Positions 1 to 10,000 of a stretch of 64,000 nucleotides of DNA are shown here, piece after piece. This DNA comes from an uncultured candidate division Zixibacteria bacterium. GTDB taxonomy: Bacteria > Zixibacteria > MSB-5A5 > UBA10806. The notes beneath the pieces are model-generated. The model did not search any database. It was not told the DNA's origin and worked only from the letters and a program-made list of their open reading frames with translations. The position numbers and the translations under genes are program-made. The DNA lies in NCBI GenBank assembly GCA_963817915.1, contig CAWFQL010000016.1, positions 352,001 to 416,000 on the forward strand, in the 5' to 3' direction. Within the stretch, counting starts at the first letter, position 1. Every line of letters starts with the position of its first letter.

Positions 1-338
1 CCTGCAACTACATAAAGATCAAGGTAACCATCATTGTTATAATCACCCCAACAGCTGGCAAAGGCGCTTTTATCAAGAAATTCCACACCTTTGGCCCCCG
101 CGACATCCGTAAAAATGCCATTGATATTTTCATATAGGTGACTTCTACCCGGTGTAAAGTGAGTTCCCACAAAAATGTCCTGGTTGCCGTCATTATTAAA
201 ATCACCCCAGGAACATGTATAGGACACATCATTTACTACGCCTTCGGCTTGATTGGCATTTTCAAACCAGAATGCCTGACTTGATGATACAAAAATAACA
301 CCGAAAATCAAAACTAGCAAGTAAGTTAAACGTCTCAT
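1..338 (-). CDS. Secreted FG-GAP/VCBS-repeat protein (CRTAC1/ASPIC-like), N-terminal part, runs off the window edge
   Basis: Not in the ORF track. Manual translation from ATG at 338 gives MRRLTYLLVLIFGVIFVSSSQA (signal peptide), then WGDFNNDGNQDIFV and WGDYNNDGYLDLYV FG-GAP motifs. GGAAGGG RBS upstream. Confidence 0.8.
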   Translation of the reverse strand, partial: MRRLTYLLVLIFGVIFVSSSQAFWFENANQAEGVVNDVSYTCSWGDFNNDGNQDIFVGTHFTPGRSHLYENINGIFTDVAGAKGVEFLDKSAFASCWGDYNNDGYLDLYVVA

Positions 339-1146
339 GTCATCCCTTCCTTGAAAAATGGTTTCTTGAGTAACCGTTTTCGAGACTAACTTGATGCCTT
401 GCTGATTGCGCTACGATGAAACAGACCCCCGAAACTACCTAATTTGAAGGCCATCCTTGGCATCTCAAATTACTACTTAGTGGTCATTTCATTTTTTAAT
501 GATTGTCCAGGATTTCAGATTGCCTTGCCAAAGAAGTCACTAATCTGGACTTTCGGTTCACCTCCTTTCAGTCCCCCGAAAGTAAGCATAATGTTAGAGT
601 TAACTGGATATGGATAGCCCAACGTAATGTCATCTTCAAATATTACATTTTCGTTATTAATAATTATCGTATTCATATTATAAATCGCATCGCATTATTC
701 GCAATAGTCCAAAAATATGAAATTAGAGCAAATTGACAAATCTGCGTCTCCGCAACATTTATGACATCTATAGCTAATACGATCGAAAATTCGAAATTAA
801 ACATTTAGTACTTCCCCCATGCCCCGTACTTAAATATATTCTTTTTTATATTAGCATAATTATTGAAAATAGGCAAGAGTTAATTTATATGATAATTTAA
901 TTTTTATCCGATCATACCCTTAATAACATATAATCTGCTTGCTTTAAGATTTAATTTTTCGAAAATTTGCCAATATTAAGTAATTAGTTTTTCAAATTGA
1001 GCGTCTATTTATAATTTCTAAACTTGAAGCAAATTGTCGCTAATATTGTATATCCTCAAAGTTACCAAACATTATTATTTATATATTCATTTATTACTAT
1101 ACTGAAATTGGCAAAAACCCCAAATACTGACAGGCAGCCTCAAAAT

Positions 1147-1173
1147 AAAAGGGCCGCCCGATTAAGGCGGCCC
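1147..1173 (-). terminator. Rho-independent terminator
   Basis: GGGCCGCC/GGCGGCCC hairpin followed by a T-tract on the minus strand, just after the stop of 1203..2345. Confidence 0.75.
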
Positions 1174-1202
1174 CATTAGTCATTCGACAAATATTTATAA
1201 GG

Positions 1203-2345
1203 TCAATCAGTCTGATTTGTCTTAATGGAAGTAACTGGTTTGATTGTATGCGACTTTGCAGGTCGAGCCGGTTGCTCCGGGGAAGCCAGCGCCCCTCCCG
1301 GCGGGCAGTCAGCGCAAGGAATGACAGCTGCACCGCCCTTGAAGTAATTTACCATGTAGGTTACGTCAAGACCGTTGAAACTGCAGCTGTTGTTGACATC
1401 GCCTGCGACAAACCAAGTATGGCCGGGAGTGCATTCGCAGTTGAATGGAGGCGCTGCCCCGCCCTTGAAGTAATTGACACTATAGGTAACATCGAGACCA
1501 TTGAATGCTCCGTTGCCGTTGGCGTCCCCCGGTATGTAAACGCAACCTCCGCCTTCAACAGTAATAGCAACCAACTCCGAGTCGGCCAGGCTGCCATCCG
1601 ATCCGATAAACCATACATGATAACTGCCCGCTTGATTGTTGCCCGGCGTCCAAGTAAATGTTCCTGTGCCGTTGTGATTATCCGCAAAATTGGCACCTTG
1701 AGGCAGGCTATCAGCGCTTAATATCGGAACGGCCCCATCGGGATCGGATGCCGTATCCGCAAATGCCAGCATCTGATTTGTCAACACGGTCTTCGGCCCA
1801 ATCGGATTTAAGATGGGTGCTCGATTGAGACTATACGAAATGATAAAGTATTGGGATTGATTTGTTCCGCACACCTGGTATTCCGTAACTACCCTCATGT
1901 CCGTAACAATAATCGTATTGAAGGTGTCTAATAGCGAATATTGCCCTACCGAATTAAATTGGCTCGGGCTCCAACTAAGCATAGCGCATCTCGAAGGTGG
2001 CGGCGGAACATTCCCATGCGGATTCAAATCTATTTGCCATTGGTAACTTAATTGACCCTCTTGACGAATATCCTGATAATACGGTCCGATCCAATTCTCG
2101 CGCCACATTTGCAAAAGCACGGTATATTCAGGCGGCGGCGGTGGTGCAGGAATGGTTTGCTCGTTGATGTCAATACCGATCACGGCGTCGGATAAATGCA
2201 CTGCGCCACCAATTACCTGGCCCTCGGCATGAAGTGTGGCCTGCCAATTGTTGCTTTGAGAATAGCTCTTTGCGACCGTCCCTAATACGCAGGCGACAAC
2301 GACGGACAACAACATTAACAATTTTCTCGCTTTTATCATTTTCAT
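1203..2345 (-). CDS. Secreted protein: uncharacterised Pro-rich beta domain + Ig-like domain + dockerin-like C-terminus
   Basis: Signal peptide; NRAPILNPIG...DPDG...NGTGTFTWTP Ig-like module; duplicated GDANGNGAFNGLDVTY / GDVNNSCSFNGLDVTY Ca-binding dockerin repeats. Confidence 0.8.
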   Translation of the reverse strand: MKMIKARKLLMLLSVVVACVLGTVAKSYSQSNNWQATLHAEGQVIGGAVHLSDAVIGIDINEQTIPAPPPPPEYTVLLQMWRENWIGPYYQDIRQEGQLSYQWQIDLNPHGNVPPPPSRCAMLSWSPSQFNSVGQYSLLDTFNTIIVTDMRVVTEYQVCGTNQSQYFIISYSLNRAPILNPIGPKTVLTNQMLAFADTASDPDGAVPILSADSLPQGANFADNHNGTGTFTWTPGNNQAGSYHVWFIGSDGSLADSELVAITVEGGGCVYIPGDANGNGAFNGLDVTYSVNYFKGGAAPPFNCECTPGHTWFVAGDVNNSCSFNGLDVTYMVNYFKGGAAVIPCADCPPGGALASPEQPARPAKSHTIKPVTSIKTNQTD

Positions 2346-2407
2346 TCTCCCAAATTCGAAGAATTTGAGACCCGTTTTGGTTAATCTTTTTACCTACTCA
2401 ATATGAG

Positions 2408-5400
2408 CTATCTTATCAAGGTCATTTTCATGGTTTTGGAGAATCGGCTGGCAGCCAGGCGATAGAAATAAATTCCCGAGGGCACTCCATTTCCGAATGC
2501 GTCAGTGCCATCCCAGATTAATTTATGGTATCCGGCAGGCTCAACTCCATTGACAAGGGTTCTCACTTCCCTGCCTAACATGTCGTACACGACCAATCGC
2601 ACCTGTGACGGTTGCGGTAAATCAAATTGAATCATTGTCGTTGGGTTGAAGGGGTTCGGATAGCTTTGATGCAGGCAATATTCAAGAGGCAATGTTGGTC
2701 GACCATCTTCCACGCCGGTGACATCAAATCGATGTACCAGACTAAAATAATAATCTTGATTAGTGCCCGTAATCTGATACTGCGTGACTGCTTTCATGTC
2801 GGCTACAACATCTGGGCCAGTATTATCGCTGCCTTGTCTTAGTATATATTCTCCTTCGCCAAATTGCGCGGGATCCCAACTGAGAACAGATGTCCTTTCA
2901 TTCGGAGGATTGATATTGCCATGGGGATTGATGGCTATTACCCAATAATAGCTTGCCGAACCTGATTCTCGAATATCTTCATAGAATGGTCCCGCCCAAT
3001 CGGGTTGATAAAGCTCCATTTTGGCAGAATACTCCGGCGAAGCAGGAGGAGCCAATATGGTTGAGGCTCGAGAATCAACACCAATAATGACATCACAATC
3101 TCTTATACCACCAAGATCTTCACCCTGAGCGTGTAGTATTATCCCTGATGTTATATTCGATGATTGTTCCGCAGGATGACCCGATGTTAAAGGCAAATTT
3201 CCACATTCTAGATCGAACGCGCAGTCATTGCTTACCTTTATCCAATATCCTCTGCCGGAGCAAAGTAAACTATCAAGTTGATATCCACCGCTAAAGCCCC
3301 ATGTTGTGACCGTACCGCAAGACGCGGGCGGTTGTATGCAGCAATTTGGTCCCCCCTCAAGGCTCCATTGGGGTGTTAATGGCTTAGAGCAACCTCCCAC
3401 TTCCTGCCCGCAAATCATAACCGTATCAGCGCCAGGAACTCTAATCCAATATCCCCTGCAAGGCTCGAGCGAGTTTACCGGCAAATATCTATCTGTGTAT
3501 TCAAATGCCGCCGTTGCGGAAGGGAATAAGTACGACAAGGTTGTGGTGTCCGGGGTTACGGGCAATGATATTAAATTCCAGCCAGACGCAAGATTTATAT
3601 CGATGCAAGTTTCAGGACTGCATCTTATTTTAAAAATTCGTGACCCTGCGCCGCATACTTGATATTGACTTATAGTTCGCATATCTGGCACAGCAATCCG
3701 GCCATTATCATCAATCAAAATATATTTAAGATTCATATCCTGGCTCAGACTATCGGGATTCCAGCTGATAGTTGCGCATCTTGATGACGGCGGCGGAACG
3801 TTTCCATGCGGATCGATATCAAATTGCCACTCATAAGTGCTATCATTTCTGGTCTGCCTGATGTCCTGATAATAAGGCCCGCTCCAATCGGGTCGCCAAA
3901 GCTGCGATAACACAGTGTATTCGGGTGGAGGCGGAGGCGCAGGTATCGTGCTTTCATTTGGACATACCCCTATAACTACATTTGAGCTATGTATCGCGTC
4001 ACCAATTACCTCACCCTCAGAATGTATAGCTGCTCGCCAACAAGATCCCGGAGGGGCATCGTATAACTTAGCAACAAAAGAAGCATACCCTGGCTGAACC
4101 GATTGATAAGGATTAAGTGTGGGAAAATCGGTGGATTCCGTGTATCCTGTAATATAAGTATTACCATTTCCATCTATGGCGATATCAACTCCCACATCAA
4201 CACCATCTCCTCCAAGGTAAGTGCTGGAAATGAGAGAACTTCCATCTGCTGAAAGCTCTGTTACAATTGCATCGCACATTCCATGAAATATCTGATAGGA
4301 ATCAAGGGTTGGAAAATTTCCCGACCAGGAGTAACCGATAATGTGAGCGTGTTCGTCGGCATCGACGACCAGGCGGACGCCTGTATCGGTAGTATCCCCA
4401 CCCAAATATGTGCTGTAGACAAGTGAGTTTCCAGCGGGTGAAAATTTGGCAACAAAGCCATCACATTCTCCCTGGTATGTTTGAAATGGATTTAAGGTTG
4501 GGAAATTGGCGGATAGAGTATATCCTGTTATATATGCGCTACCGCTTAAATCAACGGCAATACCGCCACCAACATCATCCGCATTTCCACCTAAATAAGT
4601 GCTATAGATGAGGGTGCTTCCATTGGGTGAAAGCTTGGAAACAAAAGCATTTAAATTCGGCTGGACTGTCTGATAAGGGTTTATGGTAGGAAAATCGGGA
4701 GAATCGGTCTCTCCAGTTACATAGGCGTTACCATTTTGATCGATTGCAATACCAAAGCCATAGTCCAGGCCGCTTCCGCCAAGATAAGTGCTGTATTCTA
4801 GGAAACTCCCATCTGGTGAAAACTTAGTCACGAAGGCATCATAAATTCCGCCATTAAAACTGCCCTCTATTGGATTGACTGTGGGGAAATTGGATGACAG
4901 GGTCTGGCCAACGATATAGGCGCTTCCGCTCCCATCAACTGCAATGTCATGGCCATAGTCACGATTGGCGCCGCCCAGGTAAGTGCTATAAATAAGAGAG
5001 TTACCTGCGGCCGAAAGTTTTGTCACGAAACCGTCATAGGCGCCCTGTTGAGTCTGATAGGGGTTTACGGTTGGATAGTCGGAAGACTCGGTCAAGCCTG
5101 TAACGTAAGCATAACCACTTACGTCCACAGACATTTCCATACAGTAGTCGCTACCGCTGCCGCCGATATATGTACTGTAAATAAGCGAATTACCATCGGG
5201 CGAAAGTTTCGTTACAAAAACATCATCGGCCCCTTGATCCATTTGATATGGATTGAGAGTCGGGAAATATGAAGACCAGGTTACTCCTGCAATTATGACA
5301 CTCCCATCACCCAATACACCAATACCACCGGCAATATCGCATATCTCACCGCCAAGATAAGTACTATATACTAATTCAGGGTCGATAATCAGTGCATAAT

Positions 5401-6172
5401 TGGGATTGTAACCGCCTTCGACAACAAAGCCAAAGTTCTTTCCTTCAATAAGGCCGTATCGTCCGGAAATAGCGTATGTCGTACCATCGATCTCCTGATA
5501 AATATACGGCGCTTTCTCGTAGATTGGCCCAAATGAAGTTTGTGCTTCCAGGTCGCCATTATTGGAAATACCCAGGTTTTCCACTCCGTCATAATAGATT
5601 TGTATTTGGGAAGGATCTGAGCCCGGATTGACGATGAAATCATACTTCATCGAATTACCGTTGCCGTGATATTTTAAATCTATCCCGGGATAAATATCTT
5701 TGTATTCTATAGAAGCATAATTGGCCACATCGGTGTGCCATTTCGATGGATTGTTTCCAAAAAAATAATTGCTGTTGTTCGGCAATCGCTCAACGCCTGT
5801 TGCTGTGGCATTAGGATTTGCTCCGACAAATTGTGCTTTTATGAGCATTGATTCCTTTTTAAAGCGCTGATTGCGAAACCTAAGAGGCACACTCGAAAAT
5901 TCTTCGCTGATTTTGTCAGGTTCATTTGTGTTTCTTACAAATAAATATGCTACTTCATCCTTGCAAAAAAAGAATGTAGCTCCACCTGTTTGAGCTTTAA
6001 ATAACGTCTTCTCGCCGAATTGGCCAACATTCTCGGCAAATGATAATGGCATTGAAGAAGCTCTTGCCGGCATCATTTGCTTAGAAGGTTGATTTGATGA
6101 CAAAGACGGCTGGCCAAACGAAATTACGGCCCACGACAATAGGAGCGTCAAAAACATTCCACACCATTTCAA
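2408..6172 (-). CDS. Large secreted SBBP beta-propeller repeat protein with T9SS/FlgD-type C-terminal domain
   Basis: Repeated YSTYLGG...D....IAVD..G.AYVTG.T.S.NFPT motifs; C-terminal YPNPFNPTT...GIYFYRL...KMTLIR; probable TTG start at 6172 after a GGAGG RBS. Confidence 0.85.
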   Translation of the reverse strand: MKWCGMFLTLLLSWAVISFGQPSLSSNQPSKQMMPARASSMPLSFAENVGQFGEKTLFKAQTGGATFFFCKDEVAYLFVRNTNEPDKISEEFSSVPLRFRNQRFKKESMLIKAQFVGANPNATATGVERLPNNSNYFFGNNPSKWHTDVANYASIEYKDIYPGIDLKYHGNGNSMKYDFIVNPGSDPSQIQIYYDGVENLGISNNGDLEAQTSFGPIYEKAPYIYQEIDGTTYAISGRYGLIEGKNFGFVVEGGYNPNYALIIDPELVYSTYLGGEICDIAGGIGVLGDGSVIIAGVTWSSYFPTLNPYQMDQGADDVFVTKLSPDGNSLIYSTYIGGSGSDYCMEMSVDVSGYAYVTGLTESSDYPTVNPYQTQQGAYDGFVTKLSAAGNSLIYSTYLGGANRDYGHDIAVDGSGSAYIVGQTLSSNFPTVNPIEGSFNGGIYDAFVTKFSPDGSFLEYSTYLGGSGLDYGFGIAIDQNGNAYVTGETDSPDFPTINPYQTVQPNLNAFVSKLSPNGSTLIYSTYLGGNADDVGGGIAVDLSGSAYITGYTLSANFPTLNPFQTYQGECDGFVAKFSPAGNSLVYSTYLGGDTTDTGVRLVVDADEHAHIIGYSWSGNFPTLDSYQIFHGMCDAIVTELSADGSSLISSTYLGGDGVDVGVDIAIDGNGNTYITGYTESTDFPTLNPYQSVQPGYASFVAKLYDAPPGSCWRAAIHSEGEVIGDAIHSSNVVIGVCPNESTIPAPPPPPEYTVLSQLWRPDWSGPYYQDIRQTRNDSTYEWQFDIDPHGNVPPPSSRCATISWNPDSLSQDMNLKYILIDDNGRIAVPDMRTISQYQVCGAGSRIFKIRCSPETCIDINLASGWNLISLPVTPDTTTLSYLFPSATAAFEYTDRYLPVNSLEPCRGYWIRVPGADTVMICGQEVGGCSKPLTPQWSLEGGPNCCIQPPASCGTVTTWGFSGGYQLDSLLCSGRGYWIKVSNDCAFDLECGNLPLTSGHPAEQSSNITSGIILHAQGEDLGGIRDCDVIIGVDSRASTILAPPASPEYSAKMELYQPDWAGPFYEDIRESGSASYYWVIAINPHGNINPPNERTSVLSWDPAQFGEGEYILRQGSDNTGPDVVADMKAVTQYQITGTNQDYYFSLVHRFDVTGVEDGRPTLPLEYCLHQSYPNPFNPTTMIQFDLPQPSQVRLVVYDMLGREVRTLVNGVEPAGYHKLIWDGTDAFGNGVPSGIYFYRLAASRFSKTMKMTLIR

Positions 6173-6550
6173 TTTTACCTCCTGGTAAAAAGGCCTGGGA
6201 AACAATTTATTATTTAATTTTCAATTTACATTAGGTACATAGAAGCAATACAAAAACTTCGAAGAAAATATATAAATGCCTAAAAGGAGTGTCAATGTTT
6301 ATTTATAATGATTACGATTATTATTATCCAACACCAAAGGCTAATTTGCAATCTCAGGCTTGTGAGTCACAATGCTGCTTTTTTGATTTTGCCCGATTTG
6401 TCCAAGTTGCGGCTTTTTTTAATTTGGACATCCTTATCCTGCAAAACGATTATAGAGCCAAAGTGTTGTAATGATGCTGTAAAGGTGATCGCGCAGATAG
6501 ATGCGTTTAATACGGGTGCCCGTAACTCCATGAATATCTTATTGTTATTT

Positions 6551-6595
6551 TGGCGGCGCAGGGATTCGAATCCCGGACACGAGGATTGAGATTCC
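6551..6595 (-). repeat. Decayed copy of tRNA-Met 3' half (att-like site)
   Basis: 41 of 45 nt match 19668..19712 by manual alignment, from acceptor end to anticodon arm. Confidence 0.85.
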
Positions 6596-7080
6596 ATTTC
6601 GAGGCTACCGACTAACTCGACGAGGATGAATGAGATGGCTGAACCTGCCTGTCGTAACATCTACGATGACCTGCACCATTGAGAATCCAGAGAGTATCAG
6701 CGAGCGCCCGAGAGCGGCCGGCAATTACATCTATAAGTTGTTTTAAAACGACAAGACTAATATTGCCATAATCCAGGTTACAAATAATCCTTTATTAATT
6801 AAGAGAATCCCTCGCATAATTGTCAGATAATTTAATGCTAAATCACTTTAAATAAATTTTTCGAACTTTTTGGTTTTTAATAAGTAGAAATTTATTGCTG
6901 GCGACGAAGAATAATTTCAATTTTTAAAGACACAATCAAGTTTTCAAGTTGAACAATATTTCAGCTTGAGAGAACTATGCATATTGTGATATAAAGCCAA
7001 ATTATGCCCGTATCAAACAATGCGCAGGTCCTGAATTATTACGGGCGGAAAATCGCATTTAATATTAACGGAGGGTTGAA

Positions 7081-10000
7081 ATGAATAGATTTCTAAAGAG
7101 CTTTTTTTATCCCAAAGGACTAATTGGCGGGATGATTGTCTTATGCTTATTGACTGCTGCCGGAATGGTTGCTGTCTTAATGGCACAACAGCCTCAAGAT
7201 AAACCGGATTACGATGTAAGGGTAACCAGTTTTTGGCCGAGCGAGTACCTTCCCGTAAGACAAGCGACGAGTATTATTGTCAAATTCTCGAGGGATATGA
7301 TGCCGGATGACAGCCTGAATCTGCTAACGGCCGATATTCCTCTTGAATTAAATCCTCCGATTTCCGGCTTAGCGAGATGGATCGATAATGATAAATTGGA
7401 ATTTATGCCTGATTCTATGTTCGCGCCATCTACCGAATATAAGATTAACATCAAAAGTGATCGAACATATCTATACGGTAATCGTATTAATGAACCTCAA
7501 ATTTTTACATTCAGAACTCCAACATTGATTGTCCAAAGCGTCAATACCGAAATTGTTAATGTCCCCGAACCCAAATTCTATGATCAACTTATCATTCATC
7601 TTATTTTTAATTATAAGGTAGATCCTCAGACGCTGGTCGAACACCTCTATTCGAATCTGAAGGGCCCCAATGGCCCAATCGATTTTGAAATTAAAGATAC
7701 TTCTCCAGCTGCGGAACTGACTCTGGTATCGACTCCCTTTAAACCGCAGGAAGTCAATGGCGAATTCGATTTTACGGTGACTAAAGACCTGCAATGTGTC
7801 GGAGGGCAGATACCGTTACAGGCAGACTTTAAGCAGAAAATTCGAATTCCCAAGCCGGTGCCACTCGTCATTAATCAAGTAACTGCCGAGGCTGCGGGGC
7901 AATATGGCCGAATTGTCATATATCTTTCTCAATCAACATCCTTGAGCGAGGCCGGGGATTTTATCTCAATCAGCCCGGAAACAGATTTTACGATAAATCA
8001 AAATTGGGATCGAATCGAACTCAATGGCAATTTCAAACCTCGCGAAGCTTATACCGTGAATATCAGGGCAGGCCTAAGGGCGTTAAACGGTCAATCTCTC
8101 GACCGAGACTTCTCTTCAAAAGTCGAGACGGGAGATTTATATCCATTGATCAGATTTATAGACGACGGCCAATATATGTCCAAGAAAAGCCGCCAGATAT
8201 TGGCTATCGAGACAACTAATATTGATGAATTAAGCATCGAGGTAGAGCAGATTTTCGTTAATAATATTGTCTATTACCTCGGTGATTATGGACGGGATAT
8301 CAGCCGTGTCGGTCGAAGAATATTCTTCAAGGAATTCAAGCTGCCGGAATCCAAGAATATTCCGCTCGTTTCGACATTCGATATCGGAGATATTGTTGGA
8401 GATTCATTAAGGGGAATTTACAAAGTATCGGTACGCGAAAAGACTCAGCGATGGACATACGCCGAAAAACAAGTCATGATCAGCGATCTTGGCATAATGT
8501 CCCGGCTATCTGATAATTATCTCATGGTCTGGGTCAATTCATTATCGAGCATCACGCCAGTATCAAAAGCCGACGTAGCTTTGATAAGCCGCAACAATCA
8601 GGTACTCTTGAGCGGCAAGACCGATTCGCGGGGCATAGTCGTTTTCGAAAACATTGCCGAAAAAATGGCTGGCTTCGAGCCATACCTGATCACGGTCGGC
8701 AAAGATAACGATCTTTCCTACCTGAATTTCAATGAATGTATGATTTACACCTCGGATTTCGATGTTGATGGCCGTCAATACCTGACTAAAGGATATGAAG
8801 CGTTTTTATATTCGGATAGAGGAGTATACCGTCCGGGCGAAACAGTCCATTTGGTGAGCGTACTACGAGGTGTCAACAATACCGTTCCTCAGGAATTCCC
8901 ATATATTGTTAGCATCAAGGATCCTCAAGGACGAAGCTTCAATGATTACAAATTGACAACAAAAGATCAGGCGATATCCGGGCTGGATATCGATCTGCCA
9001 TCATTCGCCAAGACAGGTGGATATCGGGTTGAAGCCAAAATTGGCGAAGATGTGATCGGCACTTATAATTTTCAGGTCGAAGAATTTATGCCCGACAGAA
9101 TCAAGGCGACTCTGACAACAGATAAGGACTCCTATATTTCGGGAGACGAAGTCAGGATATCGGTTAATGGTGTTTTTCTTTTCGGGCCGCCCTGCGCGGG
9201 TAATAATGTTAATGGCCATATCACTATCGAATCCGATTATTTCAGCCCGAGACAGTGGTCAGGGTATTCATTTTCGAATTCCGATATTGATTTTGCGGCA
9301 ATTCAAGTAGATCTGCCGTCCGATTCGCTTGATGATGCCGGAAATCATATTTATAACTATCGAATCTCATCCAATCTCAAACCGCCATCGTCATTAAAGA
9401 TGATGATATCAGGTACGGTTCAGGAAGAGGGGGGCCGGGCGGTGAGCGCTTATAAGAGCGTCAAGGTTAATCCCTATATGAAATATCTTGGAATCAAGAC
9501 TGGCAATGAGGGATATGCGAAAATCGGCGAAACGTCATCATTTAATATAGTGGCAGTCGACAGCGACGGAAATTTGACTGCTATCGATTCCGCCTGGGTA
9601 AAATTCTATCATATTATTTACCAGAATATTGTCAGACGGGACCAGCATGGAATATTCCGATATGTCTCGGAACCAAAAGATCAGATAGTTGATTCTACTT
9701 TTGTTTCAATATCGAATTCCCCTGCAATTGCGACATTCACTCCCCAACAATACGGCGAATACAAAGCTAAAGTTGTCAGCAATAGAACTTCTCATACTGC
9801 CGTGCTCAATTTCTACGCCGCCGGATGGGGATACTCGTCATGGTCAATGGCTAATCCTGACAAAATTGAACTGCAGTTGGACAAAAAAACATACAAGGTC
9901 GGCGATAAAGCCAAACTCCTCGTCAAGGCGCCCTTCGAAGGAAAATTGCTTTTAACCATAGAAAAAGAAAAGATATTGGAATTTAAAACCATCGATATGG

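Noticed and set aside
6551..6595. Additional functional tRNA genes at 6551 and 14848
   Set aside because: Only the 3' half is present, with no D-arm or 5' acceptor strand, and the anticodon is altered.
6600..7080. Integrase remnant beside the att-like sites (also 19320..19660)
   Set aside because: I could not recognise tyrosine- or serine-recombinase motifs in the short ORFs there. A translated homology search would be needed to exclude a decayed fragment.
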